DNA from: Octopus bimaculoides
Lineage: Eukaryota
Length of the DNA: 64,000 nucleotides
Reading direction: 5' to 3'
NCBI RefSeq assembly: GCF_001194135.2
Contig: NC_068981.1
Coordinates: 52,009,710-52,073,709, forward strand
Of the stretch, positions 15,029 to 26,750 are shown piece after piece. Numbering within the stretch: position 1 is the first letter of the stretch; the number at the start of each line of letters is the position of its first letter. Below the pieces are notes generated by a model. It made no database searches and was not told the origin of the DNA. It worked only from the letters and a program-made list of their open reading frames with translations. The position numbers and the translations under genes were made by a program.

Positions 15029-15420
15029 ATGGGATCTATGATGGAGCCAAATTACGCAGACTAATGGGAGTTTACGTCCCGGAAATGCTGTGTGATAGGT
15101 TCAGCCTCTACGAGATAGGGCTATACAGAGATGACGAACTAACAATCTCCCAAAGCATGAACGGATGTGTATTAGAAAAATTTGAATAGACTCAAGTGAT
15201 GATTTCCAGGAATTCGAGCACGAAGTAACCATACAAACCAAATTACCTGAAGTCAAGTTTGAAGATAAAATACTAAATCTGACCAGAGGAAAACATTATC
15301 ATGATAGAAATTCCATTGAGAATCGCTATACAAAGCAGGCATTCCATCCACCCACTTTCAACAATTAAAACCTAGCCACTAATATAAGCAATTCAATATC
15401 TATGTTTCAACAAAACGATA
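15029..15420 (+). mobile_element. Penelope-like element reverse-transcriptase relic
   Basis: Reads MG(S)YDGAKLRRLMGVY...IGLYRDDEL (YRDD at 15124-15135), then EVTIQTKLPEVKFEDKILNL...HHP...NLATNIS. This matches PLE RT motifs (MGSxDGAExCELVGLY; GLYRDDGL; ITIxxNLxxVxFLD). Frameshifts and stops are present. Confidence 0.75.
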
Positions 15421-15877
15421 TTCGACCATGTTTTACCCGATCAGCCATAAATAACATAAACTGGTTAATAGGAAGAATACAAAAGTTATAAAAATTATAG
15501 CTGCATACAAAAGCAATATCATATCAATCGGAATAAATAACTGAATTAGATAGAAATCCATTGAAATCAACCGAAAACAGAGGGAACTGCAACAGGTATA
15601 TGATATGTCAATGAAATGGTAATCTTTCGTCAAAGAAATGATTGACAAGTATTGTAAGACATGTATACAAATAAAAACTATGTCTGAGCAAAAAGCGAAA
15701 CATATATATGTATGTATGTGTGTGTGTATGTATGTATGTATGTATGTATGTATGAATGTTGTGTCATTGTTCAGTTTATTTCAAGATTTCTTGCCAATAG
15801 AGAGAGAGCCGGTTTCTAACCTAGATTCAAGGCCCCTTCGTTGGAATTCCAACATCAACAACAAGGTATATTTGTTT

Positions 15878-16321
15878 GTATGTATGTATGTATGTATGTA
15901 TGTATATGTGCAGATTTGCATTTTTTGCTTTATCTATGTATTCTCATGCATATAGTTGCATATCTAGACATAATCATACATATTTAAATGATAAACTTCT
16001 GGAAAGTTTTACAGATTTTTACAGTTCCAGTAATGGACTGGATCTGTAGTCTTCGAATTAGCTTTCTCCTTCCTGGTTTTGAGAAGCCTAATTTCTCAAG
16101 ATTGGTATTTAGGCAGTGTGTTACATATCCCAGGGCCCCAATAATTACAGGTATAAACCTGAACTTGTAATCTGTATAGAGTAACTGCAGATTTCTCAAT
16201 AGTTCAGCATAGGTGTTCTCTTTTTCGCTCATCTTCAGCTTTATGCTAACATCCACTGGGCAGCTAATTTCCACAACTGTGCACAGTTTCTCTTCTCTAT
16301 CCCATCATTATATCAGGCCTG
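15878..16321 (-). mobile_element. 5'-truncated R4/Dong-clade LINE 3' end (REL endonuclease C-terminus)
   Basis: RPD (16312-16320)...EISCP...K...IPVIIGALG...SITGTVKICKTF matches the PD-(D/E)xK restriction-like endonuclease of R4. It is followed by a short 3' UTR and an (ACAT)n tail. Confidence 0.85.
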
Positions 16322-16410
16322 TATGCATATATGTATGTATCACTTCTATTTTTGTGTCTATTATAGATCTGGCTTTATACATTCCCATAAATCACTACAA
16401 CCAGATCATA

Positions 16411-17603
16411 CAGGGTGTCCCGAAATTAAGGCAGCCGAAATTTCGGGATTTAATAACTATCAATAAATGTGATAAGATATGAAAATTATACATCATTATA
16501 AAAGCTTTGTGCGTCTTCTTTTTGCTTCAGACTAAATAAATTCACATTTATGAATTAGATAATGGCTATAGGCCGAAATACACTCATTACCATTCACCAA
16601 GGAGGCGAAAATAATACAACTGCAGCAAAAAGAAAGGCTTTAGATTAGGCGAAGAACAGTCTGGAAAATTATCAAGAGATTTTAAAAGAGTAGTTCCACC
16701 GCTGATCGACCTGGACATGACGGAAAACGTGTGGACCCCTCAGCTTATCAAAACTACCAGAGAAAAGATACGGCAAAATCTTCGTCGTTCCGTCAGAAAA
16801 CTGGCTGCAACAGCAAAAATAAACCGGGCATCGATGTATCGAGTGCCGAAGGAGGATCTCAGAACCCACCCCTACAAGATGATCTGCCGTTATGAGCTCA
16901 CGCAAGTTTATAAAGCCATGAGACTAGAAAGAAGTTGTCTTATCCTGCGTCAGATTGCTGAAGGCACACTGCCCAACTTGATACTCACTGATGAAAATAA
17001 ATTTGACATCGAACAGACAATAAACCACCATAATGACTAACTTTGGAGTGTATCTGGTTCCGTTGAGAGTAGAATCGTAAATTGACGTCAAAATCCACAG
17101 TCAGTAATGGTTTGGCGGCTATGACAGCCACTGGAAGGTCACCCCTCGTTTTTGTGCCTTTGAGTGTTAAAATTCACACCCAGCGATACATTAGCGACAT
17201 TCTAGAAGCTGAACTGCTTCCATAGACAAATGAGCACTTTCAAGGCGCACCTTGCAGCTTCCAACAGGACTCGGCACCATCCCACAGCTCCAAATAGAAA
17301 CAACACTGCATTCAGAAAAACATTCTATCGTTCATAGGCAAGGATGTATAACCCTCAAGAAGCCACAATTTCAACCTGTTGGATTTTTATTTCGTTTTGG
17401 AGATGAGGGTCTCGAGCACTCCTCATGCTTCGCTCGACGCTCTAATGGGCTCCGATTCAGTAAGAACAGCTGCGTGCCGCGTGTGAATCATTCGCACCTA
17501 GACTTAAGATTGTGATTTGAAACAGAGGTGGATCCGAAATATAGCAGTATTTTGCTTTGGTAAAATTGAAAAAAGTTGGTTGCCTTAATTTTGAGACACT
17601 TTA
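16411..17603 (+). mobile_element. Tc1/mariner-superfamily DD37D (maT/Bmmar1-like) transposon, defective
   Basis: Imperfect ~26-bp TIRs (CAGGGTGTCCCGAAATTAAGGCAGCC, with an inverse at ~17578-17603) are flanked by TA. Transposase motifs are TDENKF, SVMVWAA and FQQDSAPSH...NLLD, with 37 codons counted between D2 and D3. Several in-frame stops. Confidence 0.9.
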
Positions 17604-17829
17604 TATATGGGTAACTTGTTCATTTTATGTATATGTATGTGTTTGTGTGTGAGTATGTGTGTGTAAGAGTGTGCGTGTGTGTGTGTGTGTCAATGTATGC
17701 ATATATATATATATATGTAAGCATATATGTATAACTGCACAAGCAAATTGTTTAATATACTTTAACACAGTAGTTATGGTCATTGATACCGTAGGTCAGT
17801 AGGTCAGTATATATCCTAAACATTACTAA

Positions 17830-18960
17830 TGAGAGTAACATAGTCTCTAAAGAATTGATAATGTAATCTGCTTATGTTTTCCTTATAAGCAATAGAAACA
17901 GGTATAAGATGACGCCTCTCTTTATATCTTCTTTCACATGCAGAAAGCACCTCTATCTTTATATTCGTAACAAATATTGTCTTCTTTTTATGTGAACTTT
18001 GAGGTATCTTTTCAAAATGCATTATTATTCTTTTCCTCTCTAGTCTCGCTTAATTCACTTTATAGCCAATTGAGTATAAATGTAGAGAATAGTAGTAGAA
18101 TGGAAGTGTCTCGTTGAAAAAGTTCTCTTTTAAAAGGACCCTGGCTCGTTTTGAGGATTCCTTTCAAGTGAATTCAAAAAATTAGTTCCATGTCCTCAAG
18201 GGATGTTTAATGTGACTGCTTGAATTTTTACAGGTGGTAAAAATACGCAGTATTCACAAATGAGAAACACTGTTAAGTCCACTAGTAATCAACATGTATC
18301 AAAATCAGATCTTTCTTCTCCACATGGCCTTGTTCGAAGTGTAGCTGGGTTTTTACATCGATATGAGATTTTTGAGATAACCATTCGCTTCTCCTGGAAG
18401 TAGCAGAGTTTTTCTTTCTTTTTTCCGCGTCCATCTTTTGCCATATTCTTATTGAAGCAAGTAAATTATATATCTGTATTTTACTTCAGTTTTCATGAAT
18501 GAAGTGTTTACTGTCGGGTACCATCTAGGTGACATTTCTTCTTCTTTCGGTAAATAGTAGAATATTTTTGGAAGTACTTTGTTGGTAGCTGTTAGCCACT
18601 TTAATCAGAAGTTTGATACTTTGTTATTTGTTGATGATTTTTTTTAAACATCTGAGTTGCTCCTTGGGATATTTTTTCTGCGATTAATTAGGTGTCACAC
18701 TTGTTTTAACATTTTGCCCGTAGTAATCCACCTGCTCTCCTTCCAAACTCCTCCCCAAAAAATTTTTACTTATGCTTTTGGCATTGCATTCATTCTTTTA
18801 GTTTTTAACTTGCTTTTGTTAAATTTGTTTTGTATTGGAAGGAAATATTTGTTTTGTTAAAAGAATTTTTCACTTTTCCTAACGGCAGATTCTTTGCGAT
18901 GTACCAAAGTTTTTTTTTCTTTTTCTTTCATCGCTATTTCTATTATTCCTACCATCATCA
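17830..18960 (-). mobile_element. Highly degraded R4-like LINE ORF relic
   Basis: The minus strand gives QNKYF..QNKF, FWGGVW (18743-18760), WLTATNKVLPK (18566-18598) and LLPGEANG, collinear with [24 protein letters not shown] and EQKG in the element at 54-56 kb. Confidence 0.5.
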
Positions 18961-19178
18961 TTAAACGATGTATGGTAAAATCATTAATCGTCGTAGACGA
19001 ACGAAATTCTTTGTGATATTTAAGTTATTTTACCTACTTAAACGAAATCTCGCTGTGATCGATTTTGCTTTTCATCTCTCTGAGCTCGATAAAATGAGTA
19101 CCAGTCAAGTACTTAGATCGATTTCAATCAGTTATTCTTCGTCTCCCAAAAACATATGACCACATGCCATTGTAAGAA

Positions 19179-19237
<59 letters not shown>

Positions 19238-19407
19238 CATCATTATTACTGGTATTCTTGTCTTGTTGTTATTGATGTTTTGCTATTATTAACATCATTA
19301 TTATCATCATGTTGTTGTTACTATGCAGTATGTGCTGTATCCAGTTAAGTTACAATTTCTCTTGGCTCGTGATCTAGGATGAGGAGTATTTTCTTCTTTC
19401 TATATGT

Positions 19408-19690
19408 GAAGTCGCATGGCTCAGTGCTTTGGTTATTCGACTCCCGATCGTAAAGTCATGAATTAGAATCCGTTGTGTCCTTGACGCGTTGTGTCCTTGA
19501 GCAAGACACTTTATTCCATGTTTCTTAAGTCTATTCAGCTAGCCAAAATGAGTTGTACCTGTAATTCAAAGGGCAAACCTTGTCACATTCTGTGTCACAG
19601 TGAATCTTCCTAGGAACAACGATAATGGTACGCGTGTTTGTGGAATGCTCGTCCACTTGCACGTTATTTCACAAACCAACGGAGTGTCGG
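19408..19690 (+). mobile_element. tRNA-derived SINE with a CORE-like GTGTCCTTGAGCAAGACAC middle
   Basis: Has a degenerate tRNA head, and its 3' half (CTGTAATTCAAAGGG...CACTTGCACGTT) is shared with the 13.2-kb SINE. Confidence 0.8.
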
Positions 19691-19814
19691 GTGTACCTCC
19701 AATATAATACCTATATAATTTTTTACCCGATTTTTATGTTCTTTGTACTAAGAACTGTTCGAGTAAATTTTTTTGAACCTAGTAAACAAGTTCGTTTCCA
19801 GTAATACACCCGGT

Positions 19815-20133
19815 TGGATCTCCGTCGGTTGCGACAAGTCTTCCAGTTGATTCGATCAACAAAATAACTTGCTCATGAAATTAACGTGCTAGTGGCTGAG
19901 CACTCCACAGACACGAGTACCCTTAATATCGTTCTCAGGAACATTCGGCACGACACAAATTGCGTTAAAGTTGACCCTTTGAATTACAGGTACAACTCAT
20001 TTTTTTCTGAATGAACTGAAGAAACGTGAAATAAAATGTTTTGCTCAAAGACACAACGCACCACCAGAAATCAAACTCACGGCCTTACGATGTGGAGCCC
20101 AATGCCCTAACCACTAAACCACGTGCTTTCACC
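19815..20133 (-). mobile_element. tRNA-derived SINE of the same family as 19408-19690, in the opposite orientation
   Basis: GTGGCTGAGCACTCCACAGACAC...CCCTTTGAATTACAGG...GCCCTAACCACT matches the 13.2-kb and 19.4-kb copies. Confidence 0.85.
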
Positions 20134-20386
20134 CGTTCACATCAAATTATAGCTTTCCGAGCTTTGCAAGCAGATGTTATCAGTGCATCAATGATAATTG
20201 GCAGGATCAAAACTTGTTGAAGCCTTTTTTCGAACATTTGAGGATTTCATACAAGTTGGTATAAAATTCTTTTCCCTTTTACTTTCTGTTCTTTCTGGTG
20301 TCTAATGGGCATCCCACGTTGACAACACTACATAGTGATTTCTTCATATCAAAGATAACATCCGATTTGTTGTGCTTTATTGTTCT

Positions 20387-20665
<279 letters not shown>

Positions 20666-21489
20666 AGATAGCCCCGTGCTGAATAACAACATGGACGTGT
20701 TACACCGTGTTCCCCATTAAAAAACAAATCTAACCCAATAACATCGATGGAATTAGATAAAAGAACCTGTGGAAGCCTTGAAGGAAGCGGTCTTTTAACG
20801 AAAATAATAAAAAGAAAAACGAAATTTTACTGCCATACAAAGCATAGTTTCTCCTATGCACGATGTCTCAGTGAAACATGTACGAAACACACACGCGAAG
20901 TCAACACTGGAAAGTTTACAAATTACAAAATAGAAACGGAACAAAACTCTAAGTACATAAATTGAGTAATAACGCATACACTCAGATGTCTACACAATCA
21001 TATATACATTTTGATACCCATAGGACTATACATATATCCCAATGTTTACACAACCACATGAAATTTACAGGACACACATCCACGCATATGAAGACACGTG
21101 TCACAAACAAAGCAAACACCAAAAGCAGAACTTTTTTCCCTTATTTTTTATTTTTCGAACTAACACAGACAGAGTGAACCATTCGTAAGTTTAAAAACAC
21201 CACAAAAAACTATGCTCGGAGATAAACCTATCAACAACAAAATATACAAACGAATACAGATCTGTTAGTCTTAAGAAGCTAGGGTGCAAGCAATGTTTAC
21301 ATGCAGTGAACTCGGTGACGGTGTTGTCTCAAACAATTGACCCTAAACAGACAAATCCGTCCCATAATGTCAACGTCGAAGCTCATCATGCCTCAATGAT
21401 AACAAAGCAAATTACAAACCAGATTAGTCGTCAACCGGATCACAAAGGGCCACGTAGTCGTTATAGATCCGTTAGCCTTAGGTATGAGA

Positions 21490-21655
21490 TCATGCAGAGC
21501 CACACTGACTTTGAACAGTGACAACGGATCTCTAAATGCTGGAGATGTAAGAATTTCATGTGGCATTTTCCAGGGTGACTCACTATCACCACTCCTCTTT
21601 TGTCTAGCTTTAATAACTCTCTCAAAATTTCTCAATGATGCACAGTACGGTTTGG
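21490..21655 (+). mobile_element. Isolated R4-like RT fragment
   Basis: ISCGIFQGDSLSPLLFCLAL is the non-LTR RT QGDxLSP motif, close to [15 protein letters not shown] in the 55-kb element. Confidence 0.85.
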
Positions 21656-22152
21656 GTAGCGCGTGTATATGTATGTGCGTGTGTGTATGTATGTGCGCGT
21701 TTGTATGCATGTGTGCGTGTTATGGCTTAAATATCAAGTCAAGGATGAACTCTGTTTGTGTAATCAATGCTGTTTATCTATCCAAATCTATTTGCATCAA
21801 ACCATTTAGGTTGTCAGATGCTTGTTTCATTTAAGAATTTTCGTTACAAGTATACAGACTCTATTGATTATGCACTCAACACTGTACTGTTTAGGATTGT
21901 TTACTAACAAGTTGGTAAATATCGTCGATGCAGAGATGAGTATTGTTAATATTACTATGAGTATTATCTTCACCATCGATATCATTGTCATCTTCATCTT
22001 TACCATCAACATCATTTCGGTCACCGTTGCAGTCATCATTAGAATGATTGAACTTGATGAGTCTGACCAGGTATATCGACTTCAAATAAATTGTTCTTCT
22101 TCTTATAATTATTATTATTATTATTGTTATTATTATTATGCTGATTTATAAT

Positions 22153-22365
22153 GCAACGAGCTGGCACAATCATCAGCACGTCGAACAAAATGCTTAGCAG
22201 TATTTCTTTTTGATCTTTACGTTCTGACTTCAAATACTGCCGAAGCTGACTTTGCCTGTCATCGTTTTGAGGTCGCTAAAATAAGTACCAGTCAAGTACT
22301 GCAGTCAATGTAATCGGGTTGTACCCTCCCCGAAAAATTACTGGCATTGTACCAAATTTAAAAAG
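22153..22365 (+). mobile_element. tRNA-derived SINE (family with a GCCTTTCATCCTTTCGGGGTCGATAAAATAAGTACCAG-type middle)
   Basis: The head GAGCTGGCA...GTTCTGACTTCAAAT and the middle block match the copies at 33.1, 53.3 and 58.4 kb. Confidence 0.85.
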
Positions 22366-25288
22366 AATCGTAATTATGATTTATTATTGAAGGTAAATTT
22401 GAACAGGTGTTACAGTCAGACCTCCTGCTGAAAGATAATTTTACAAACATCTTAAAAACGTTTTGTTTTCTTTATTTCTATTCGGATTAACTGCTCATAT
22501 TTCTGCCATACGCAATTTGCTTGCCTCAGTGATGGTAGCAATAGCCTCAATAACAAAAACAACCCCACCTCGCCCCGATTATTTTCAAAACAATTGTTTT
22601 TTCAAACGAAGTGAAATTAAACAAACATGAAAAACAACAGCTGTGCAATGGAAAAAACAAAGTGCTGAAAAAATTAATTTAGACAAAAAAAATTATTTCT
22701 AAGCACAGCAAACAACAATAACAACAACAGTTGTTCTTTTACGATCGTTGTAAAGCACAAAAAGCTCAGTTTAGTGTCACAAACGTGAGCAAAAGTAATA
22801 TGTGGATCAATAGCAGAGATATTGGAACTGACGTTGAGGCTTGGCTTGTTAACTTTGTGAAAGTTGCAAGCACATGACGCACACGAAGGTGTATCACAAC
22901 GTGTGGTCAGGTGAGCGACTGCATGATCATTCAAATGATCCTTCATGATCGCTGGTCTATTCCGGAGTTATACTTCATTGAAGGAGCAAAGAGTTTAATC
23001 AGACCAATGGTGCGGAAAAGAATATCCAGTTGCTAAACGTACTTTAGTGCAAGTCATGCAAGTGTTTTCTATCCAGAAGAAGAAAAAACAAAAAGAAAAA
23101 GGTGAGGCTGTAGTAGAGCAGCCTGGGTGTTGACCATGACTACTTCTACCGCTGTTTCCAGAGCACCATTAGTCGCAGAGCGAGGGTGAAAACAAAATGA
23201 AATCGCACTTCATTTTAAATATTTCCAGCTTCAGAGGTGTTTAAAATAAGGCATCAAGAATCAGGCAGGTTCTATTCTCCCGATGTAGGTCCGTATTGAT
23301 GGTCTAGCAACAGTTCTGCCTTGTCGTCTTGCGACACTTGGGAGACGATGGAAACTGGAGACTGGTGAGAAACCAAAAATGAGCAGGCGATTAAATATAA
23401 GAAAAGTGACTAGAAGAAAATAGTGAACCCAGACTAAAGACGTATGCAAGGATTGAAGTCCCTCAAAAAGATATGCCCGAGCCCTGGAGTACTTGAATTT
23501 CACATTAATCCAAAAGGGACAACTTTATACTCTACGAAATGGCAGAAAATTTAAAGGATACCAATGTAAATAGTGTGCTGATTGAAAAGATTGAGGATGA
23601 ATTCTATGAGTTCATAGAGAATAGATGGCTGTTGAAAACCACAGTAACGGTCTATATACAGTTAAAGGGTGGGTGTCCAAATGAAGTAGGAAACGTTTCT
23701 ATTCATAGGTAAAATCAGAGGACCAATTTTCAGAAAATGATCAGAATGAAAGATGATCGAATTTGTGAGTACCTCTGATCATACATCAATGGCGATTTTT
23801 CATTCACTTTTGAATGGTTACACTTGTTACTAAATTTCTAACCTATTTCAATACATTGCAATACGGTTTTGCCCCACTTTACATCACCCCAGTTCCTATA
23901 CATTTTACATTTCTACGTGCTTTTTAGTCCCATTTGTATTATATTTTGTGACCAAAAAGTAAGGATAGTCATCTTAACGAATGTGTTTATCAATCTTCCA
24001 CAAGATTAATTAATATTTTGAGAATTTGACCAAAGCAAGTTGAAAGTTTTTATCTTGAATTCTATTGTAATTCTTTGCGGCTACAAGCATTACCAACAGT
24101 AACAACAACAAGATATCATTCAGCTGCGATAGTAGTTGAATAATATTCTTAAGGCCGCAATTTACTCAAACGCAGCATCTTCAGAGCTTTGTCGCTAATT
24201 AATTTCTTAACCAAATTGAAAATTGTTTTTGTAGAGGACTGGTCCCTAACTGCATTTTGGCGTAAATTTGGTCCAGTAGAAAAAATGTTTACATTAAAAT
24301 TTGTTGCAATGTTATAGGAGAGTAAGTAACGCCTCCAATCAAGTTTGGATCTAAATAACTTTTTCATTTTAAAAGCAAAATATATTTATCTTAGCTTCAG
24401 AGATAGAAGAAAGCATGAGGCATTTCATAGTTTTGATCCCATGCAACACATACTTGTATCAAAAAAGTAGTGAGGTACAATATCATGAAAAAATATAAGC
24501 AAAAAATTGGATTTAAGTGTAATTGACATTTTTCATTTTAAAAACAAACTATATTTTAACTGAGCTTAAATGATAGAGCTCCATTCGAGGTATTTCATGG
24601 CATCAATCTCATGCAATGAAGTTTTAAAAGAAAAAGTTATGAGTGTTTGTTTCTCAAATTTGAGGGTGATAATATAGTTCTATACTTTTTATGAATATAG
24701 TTCTATAAGGGAACTTTTAATATATGTCACCGGCATCATTGAGGTAAGGAAAAATTATCAACGACACCGTTATCATAATAGCATAGCCTGGAAAAAACAT
24801 GGATTACAAGGGAAAATGCGAGTAAGAGAAATAAACCTGGAAATGTACAGGACAAAGTACAGGACACTTGGAAAAGTTGAAGACAAGTTATTACATCTGA
24901 TAAAGTACAGAACAAGAACATTTTTACTAAGTATTGCAGCTAAGGATAAAATTTAAATATTAAAAATTATTTGATTTTAATTTACAAAGTAACATTATAA
25001 TTAAAAAGAGTACCATCATTTTGTTAAAATATTGACACGCTAGAATACTTTAAAAATGTGAGCCAGAAGTACCAATATAGCTAAAGTTTTATGCAAAGTA
25101 GAATAGTATATATGATAGGTAAATTCATTACGTAAAAAATAGACATTGGGTCAAGTCTAAAAATGTGAAGACTTGACAATAACCTAGGCACTAACTCAAG
25201 CAAATTTTATTGTGAATTTGTTGTTATAGGTAGATTTTACTGTAATATATAACTAATTTTTCTATTATTCTATTTATTGTTCTAACTA

Positions 25289-26750
25289 TTAGGTTGTCAA
25301 GAAAGTTCTTGCGGTTTTTAACCTTTAAATTCAGATGCACATATCTCGGCTCAAACAAAACTTTATTAATCGAAATAAACACCATCAAAATCAACACACT
25401 TTTTCCAACGCGAAATAAGATTACTTATGCCAGTAGCGTAAAAATCCTACGTTCTGGTGGCTATGAAGTCGTTGAAGGTGTGTTTGGCATCGTTTTGGTC
25501 TTTGAAGCATTTCTCAGGCAGGAAGTTGTCGAGATGTTTGAAAAGTGGTAGTCGGTAGGCGAGAGGTCTGGTGAGTATGGCGGATGAGGCAGAGTTTCGT
25601 AGCCCAATTCGTTCAACTTATGCAGGGTCAGTTGTGCAACGTGCGACCGAGCGTTGTCGTGGAGAAGAATATTGGTCCTTTTCTATTGACCAATGCTGGC
25701 TGTTGTCGGAGTTTCTTATACATTTCATCCATTTGCTGACATTATTTCGCCGTAATGGTTTTGCCTGGATCCAAAAAGCTGTGATGGATGAGACCGGCCG
25801 CAGACCACCAAACAGTCNNNNNNNNNNTGGAAATTGTCGTATACGTTACGTCTAATTCAGAAGCAAGCTTTCGAACAGTTGTGCATGGATTGGCTTCGAC
25901 TAAGGCTCTTGGTTGATCGTAGTCAACATCCGATGGCCGACCACTACGCTTATCATCATCAAGACTCTCGTCACCGCTACGAAATTTCTTGAACCACCAT
26001 TGTGCTGTACGTTCATTAGTGGTTCCTGGGCCAAACGCATTGTTGATATCGCGAGCTATTTCAGAAGGTTTTCGGCCTAGCTTGAACTGGAATATGAAAA
26101 TTGTACAAATTTGCTTTTTGTCCATGTTGTATTCAACGTTCCGGAAAAAAATGGCCTAAATATTCAAAAAGAAAAAGAGTAACACGATTAGATAGAGCAA
26201 AAAATGGGCTTTAAAATGATATATAAAAAAGTAATTTAACGAAAATTAATTTTAAAATAATTGCAACTTGGAAAGTGTTTATAAGCCATTTAAGAAACAC
26301 ACAAAAACCGTTAGATTTACTTCAATATTTTAATTTAATTTGCCAAAATATTTTCGTCGCTTTGAGACCGCCAACTTTTCACTGACAAAATTCCGTGCTG
26401 CATCAGAGAAAGTAACAGTTAGTTCATGATATATATGTACGTATGTTCATATATATCATGAACTAACTGTTACTTTCTCAGATGCAGCACGGAATTTTGT
26501 CAGTGAACAGGTCGCGGTCTCAAAGCGACGAAAATATTTTGGCAAATTAAATTTAAATATTGAAGTGAATCTAACGGTTTTTGTGTGTTTCTTAAATGGT
26601 TTATAAATACCTTCCACGCTGCAATTGTTTTCGTTCCAGCACACGATCTCAGATCAGGTCGCTTGCTATGCAAGTACATCTCTGTAATTTGAAAATACAT
26701 CATTTAAAACCAAAATTTTAAATTCCGCAAGAACTTTCTTGACAACATAA
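25289..26750 (-). mobile_element. Mariner (DD34D-type) transposon, defective, with an inserted hairpin repeat
   Basis: 26-bp TIRs TTA(G/T)GTTGTCAAGAAAGTTCTTGCGG (25289-25314 and 26725-26750, 25/26 identical) with TA on both sides. The transposase starts at 26125: MDKKQ..FKLGRK...WFKKFRSGDESL..RSGRP, VWW, PHPPYSPDLSPTDY. An N gap falls inside the ORF. Confidence 0.93.
26256..26629. repeat. ~182-bp-arm inverted repeat with a 10-nt loop
   Basis: Arm 26256-26437 is the reverse complement of arm 26448-26629 with only scattered mismatches. Confidence 0.95.

Noticed and set aside
24355-24600. Two-copy ~170-bp direct repeat (TTTTTCATTTTAAAA.CAAA.TATATTT...GATAGA)
   Set aside because: Probably the interior of an old non-autonomous DNA transposon, but no termini or TSD were identified.
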